Shown: positions 61,583-64,000 of the stretch, piece by piece
Layout of the letters: the number at the start of each line of letters is the position of its first letter
Numbering within the stretch: position 1 is the first letter of the stretch
Source of the DNA: Klebsormidium nitens
Taxonomy: Eukaryota > Plantae > Klebsormidiophyceae
Direction of reading: 5' to 3'
NCBI GenBank assembly: GCA_000708835.1
Contig: DF237170.1
Span: forward strand, 62,001 to 126,000
Length of the DNA: 64,000 nucleotides
Notes under the pieces: model-generated
Databases searched by the model: none
Told to the model about the DNA's origin: nothing
What the model saw: the letters and a program-made list of their open reading frames with translations, nothing else
Program-made: the position numbers and the translations under genes

Positions 61583-64000
61583 ATGATGGCTTCTGGCGGA
61601 ACAAAGAGGCCTCTGGAGGAGCAGACTCCCTCCCAGGCGAATGCCATTGCCCCACCAGAAGCAAAGAAAGGGCGTAAACCCGAAGAAATCAAGCTGCAAC
61701 CAATCAAGAAGAGCTTGAATGATCGAGTGAAGAGACTGGCCAAGATGGTGGACCTTGACTGGCATGATGGTAAGACAGCTTTGGTTCATTTTCTTTCAGG
61801 CTGATCTAGTAGAGCCGTAAGAAGCAAAACTTCAGGCTTTACTGCACAGCTCGGCAAAAAAACATTCTGAAAGACTTCAATGGCATGGGTGGACTTATAA
61901 GTGTTGCCTACAGTAGCCATAATCAAAGAGCTAGGAAGAGCTTCTCACAGTATGATTTAGGGTTGCTCCGCTGCCAAAAGCAGGCACATGTGAGTTCTAG
62001 CAAAGTTGCGATATCAGGACTGCTCTCTCAAAACTTCAAATCCGTAGATGATGAACGTGAAGCATGTCAATCTGCACATATGCTCAGACTTTCTGATTCT
62101 TCCTCAAGCGCCAGTTCATTGATACTGGCTTGGCAGTAGAAGAGGCAAGCTTACTTCACAGTTAGCCTCAAGTGTGTGATTCCTCAACAGTATTTTTTGG
62201 TTGGTGTGTCTTGCTCTCTTGAAAGGTTGGCTTGGGTCGGACACTAAGACTCAAGAATTGACATCTGAGCAGCCTGAAAGTCTGAAATTGTTGATCATGA
62301 TTGCAGGTTGGCCGGAGCAGGAAGAGGAGCTGGGAGAGTATCTGAGCAATCTGGATGTGAGCTACCTTTGAAGTTATTATCCAGTGCTGCGCAGAGATTG
62401 AAGTGGCTCTGATCTGAGGTTTCGCAGCGTTGCTTTCCTCAAGTCAGGGCAAACATGAGCCTTTTTGCTTCCAATAGGTACTGCTTGGCTTTACAGAGGT
62501 TGTCTCTAAGCAAGAAGTTTTCTGTACAGGCACACTTTCAATCAGTCTACAACTTCGGAGTTACGATGAACACGAATCATGGTGACTGCCACAAAATTCT
62601 GCTCATAATAGCTGACACGTGGGTAAGTACCAGACCACTCTTTTTATATTTCTTATAAGGTCAGTCTGAGTTGCTTGAACACTTTGGATCTCTGCTCTCT
62701 TGCTCGCTCTTTTCGAACTTCGGCGAATGATCCTGCACTTCGATTGCACTTTATATAAATCTGAGCAACATGTCAATCGCACTGTTTTAAATGTACAGCT
62801 TCTCTTTACAGGAAAACATGAAGACCATCCCAATGCGCGGTACAATTGAGTGCGTAGTTAAATCCAATGGTAAGAACTAAGAAGGCAAGCAGGCCAGACT
62901 CTAGCATCACTGCAGTCAATGTTCATTCCTCTCAACGTCATGCAAATATTCTTGGTCTTTGTTTGCAGCCCTGATGTTTGACATTCTCCTGTGTATTGCT
63001 CATCCCTTTCTGGATGAATGTACTCCTCATATTTGGTCACAGCCACCCTCTGCTATGTTTGAAGTGAACGCCCGAAACGCCACTTGTTTTGTCTGGAAGC
63101 CTGAACGGACTCTCCTGCTGCTCAGACACTGACCCGATCATGATTTACCTCGCCAACTGGGGCAAGGACAAGTGGAAGACTTTCTGGGGGTCACCCGAGG
63201 GCCCTCTCGGCTACATGTGGAGGTTGCTCCTGCAGAGCGCTGCTGGCAATCCAAGAATAAAAGACGAGAAACTACTCCAGTACATCAAGGATGCAACTGG
63301 TACGCGCTTGATTTGCAAACAACACTCAAAGCTTGTCAGTCAGAATTGTCGAGATGCTAGAAACGTCGTATGCAGATTTTCCTGTTAGCTCCTCCTAGAC
63401 TTTTTCAAGCGCTCATCTTGCTGCTAGTGGTAGAAGCTCGTAGACGCAGTCGGTGGCACAGAAAAGTGGTACTTTATCGTCGTGTCATGTTTTCTGTGGG
63501 GATTGTCTTGACCATCTGGAGTGTGTCTTGAAAGGAGCTAACTCGAGCTTAGTTCGCCCGTCTCTATGCTTGATCTTGAAGCCGGAACCTAATACGGATG
63601 CCAACTCCCCGATAAGTTCTCAGTAAACTAGATCGCTCAGGGTCTTGACGGCTTCATCCAAATGCCTTAAGGGTACATGATCTGCTGCGCTTTGAGATCC
63701 ACTACGTTGGAAAAGATAACAATCTGGAAAAGCAGCAGCCGAGTAAAGAAGCTGAGGACGTAAGACTCCTCCGATTCTTGCAGATTACAACGTCGACCTT
63801 TTTAATAAGTCGCAGCCGGATGATGACGAAGGGCAGCTTGTGATCACGGAGGTCGACGCGCACATGAAAGCGGGCCTGGAGCGTCTGAAGCTGCTGCATG
63901 CTCAGGATCACAGGTGGAAGAGCCTGCCAACTCACAAGAAGGTAAACAAATGTTCTTTTAGAGGTCCCATCGAAGTATGTACTTTCTTGCAGAGGGCTTA
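61583..64000 (+). CDS. Hypothetical protein, 3' end outside the window
   Basis: Phase-compatible exons 61583-61769, 62307-62356, 62530-62622, 62812-62839, 63126-63299, 63784-63941, and a next acceptor at ~63993. Reads ...DLDWHD|GWPEQEEELGEYLSNLD|AHFQSVYNFG...CHKILLIIADTW|ENMKTIPMR|D... No family recognised. Confidence 0.7.

Overview
Eukaryotic, intron-rich nuclear DNA with GT-AG introns and GC3-rich exons, most consistent with a streptophyte green alga such as Klebsormidium. This is an inference from a plant-type paladin, a plastid-type MurJ and a TTTTAGGG telomere-like tract. I reconstructed about ten genes by hand: paladin (5' part outside the window, to 12911, +), a 133-aa two-histidine cytochrome b561-like protein (+), RRP8 (-), MurJ/MviN (+), an acidic-repeat hypothetical (+), ataxin-10 (-), a DUF72 gene with an uninterrupted domain (+), a MYND-finger-like gene (-), a giant low-complexity/coiled-coil gene with Sfi1-like Trp repeats (+), and a hypothetical running off the right end (+). 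Non-coding highlights: (1) at least 8 splice junctions in 3 genes have decaying intronic 'echo' copies that include the splice site; (2) a 379-bp MITE with 29-bp TIRs and TA target duplication, surrounded by tracts packed with TA-GG-TA/TA-CC-TA/TA-CGG-TA words that look like transposon excision footprints; (3) a probable decayed LRR gene inside a paladin intron; (4) strong excess of TGACGTCA. No tRNA, rRNA or CRISPR array was found. All exon models are manual and untested against transcripts or databases.
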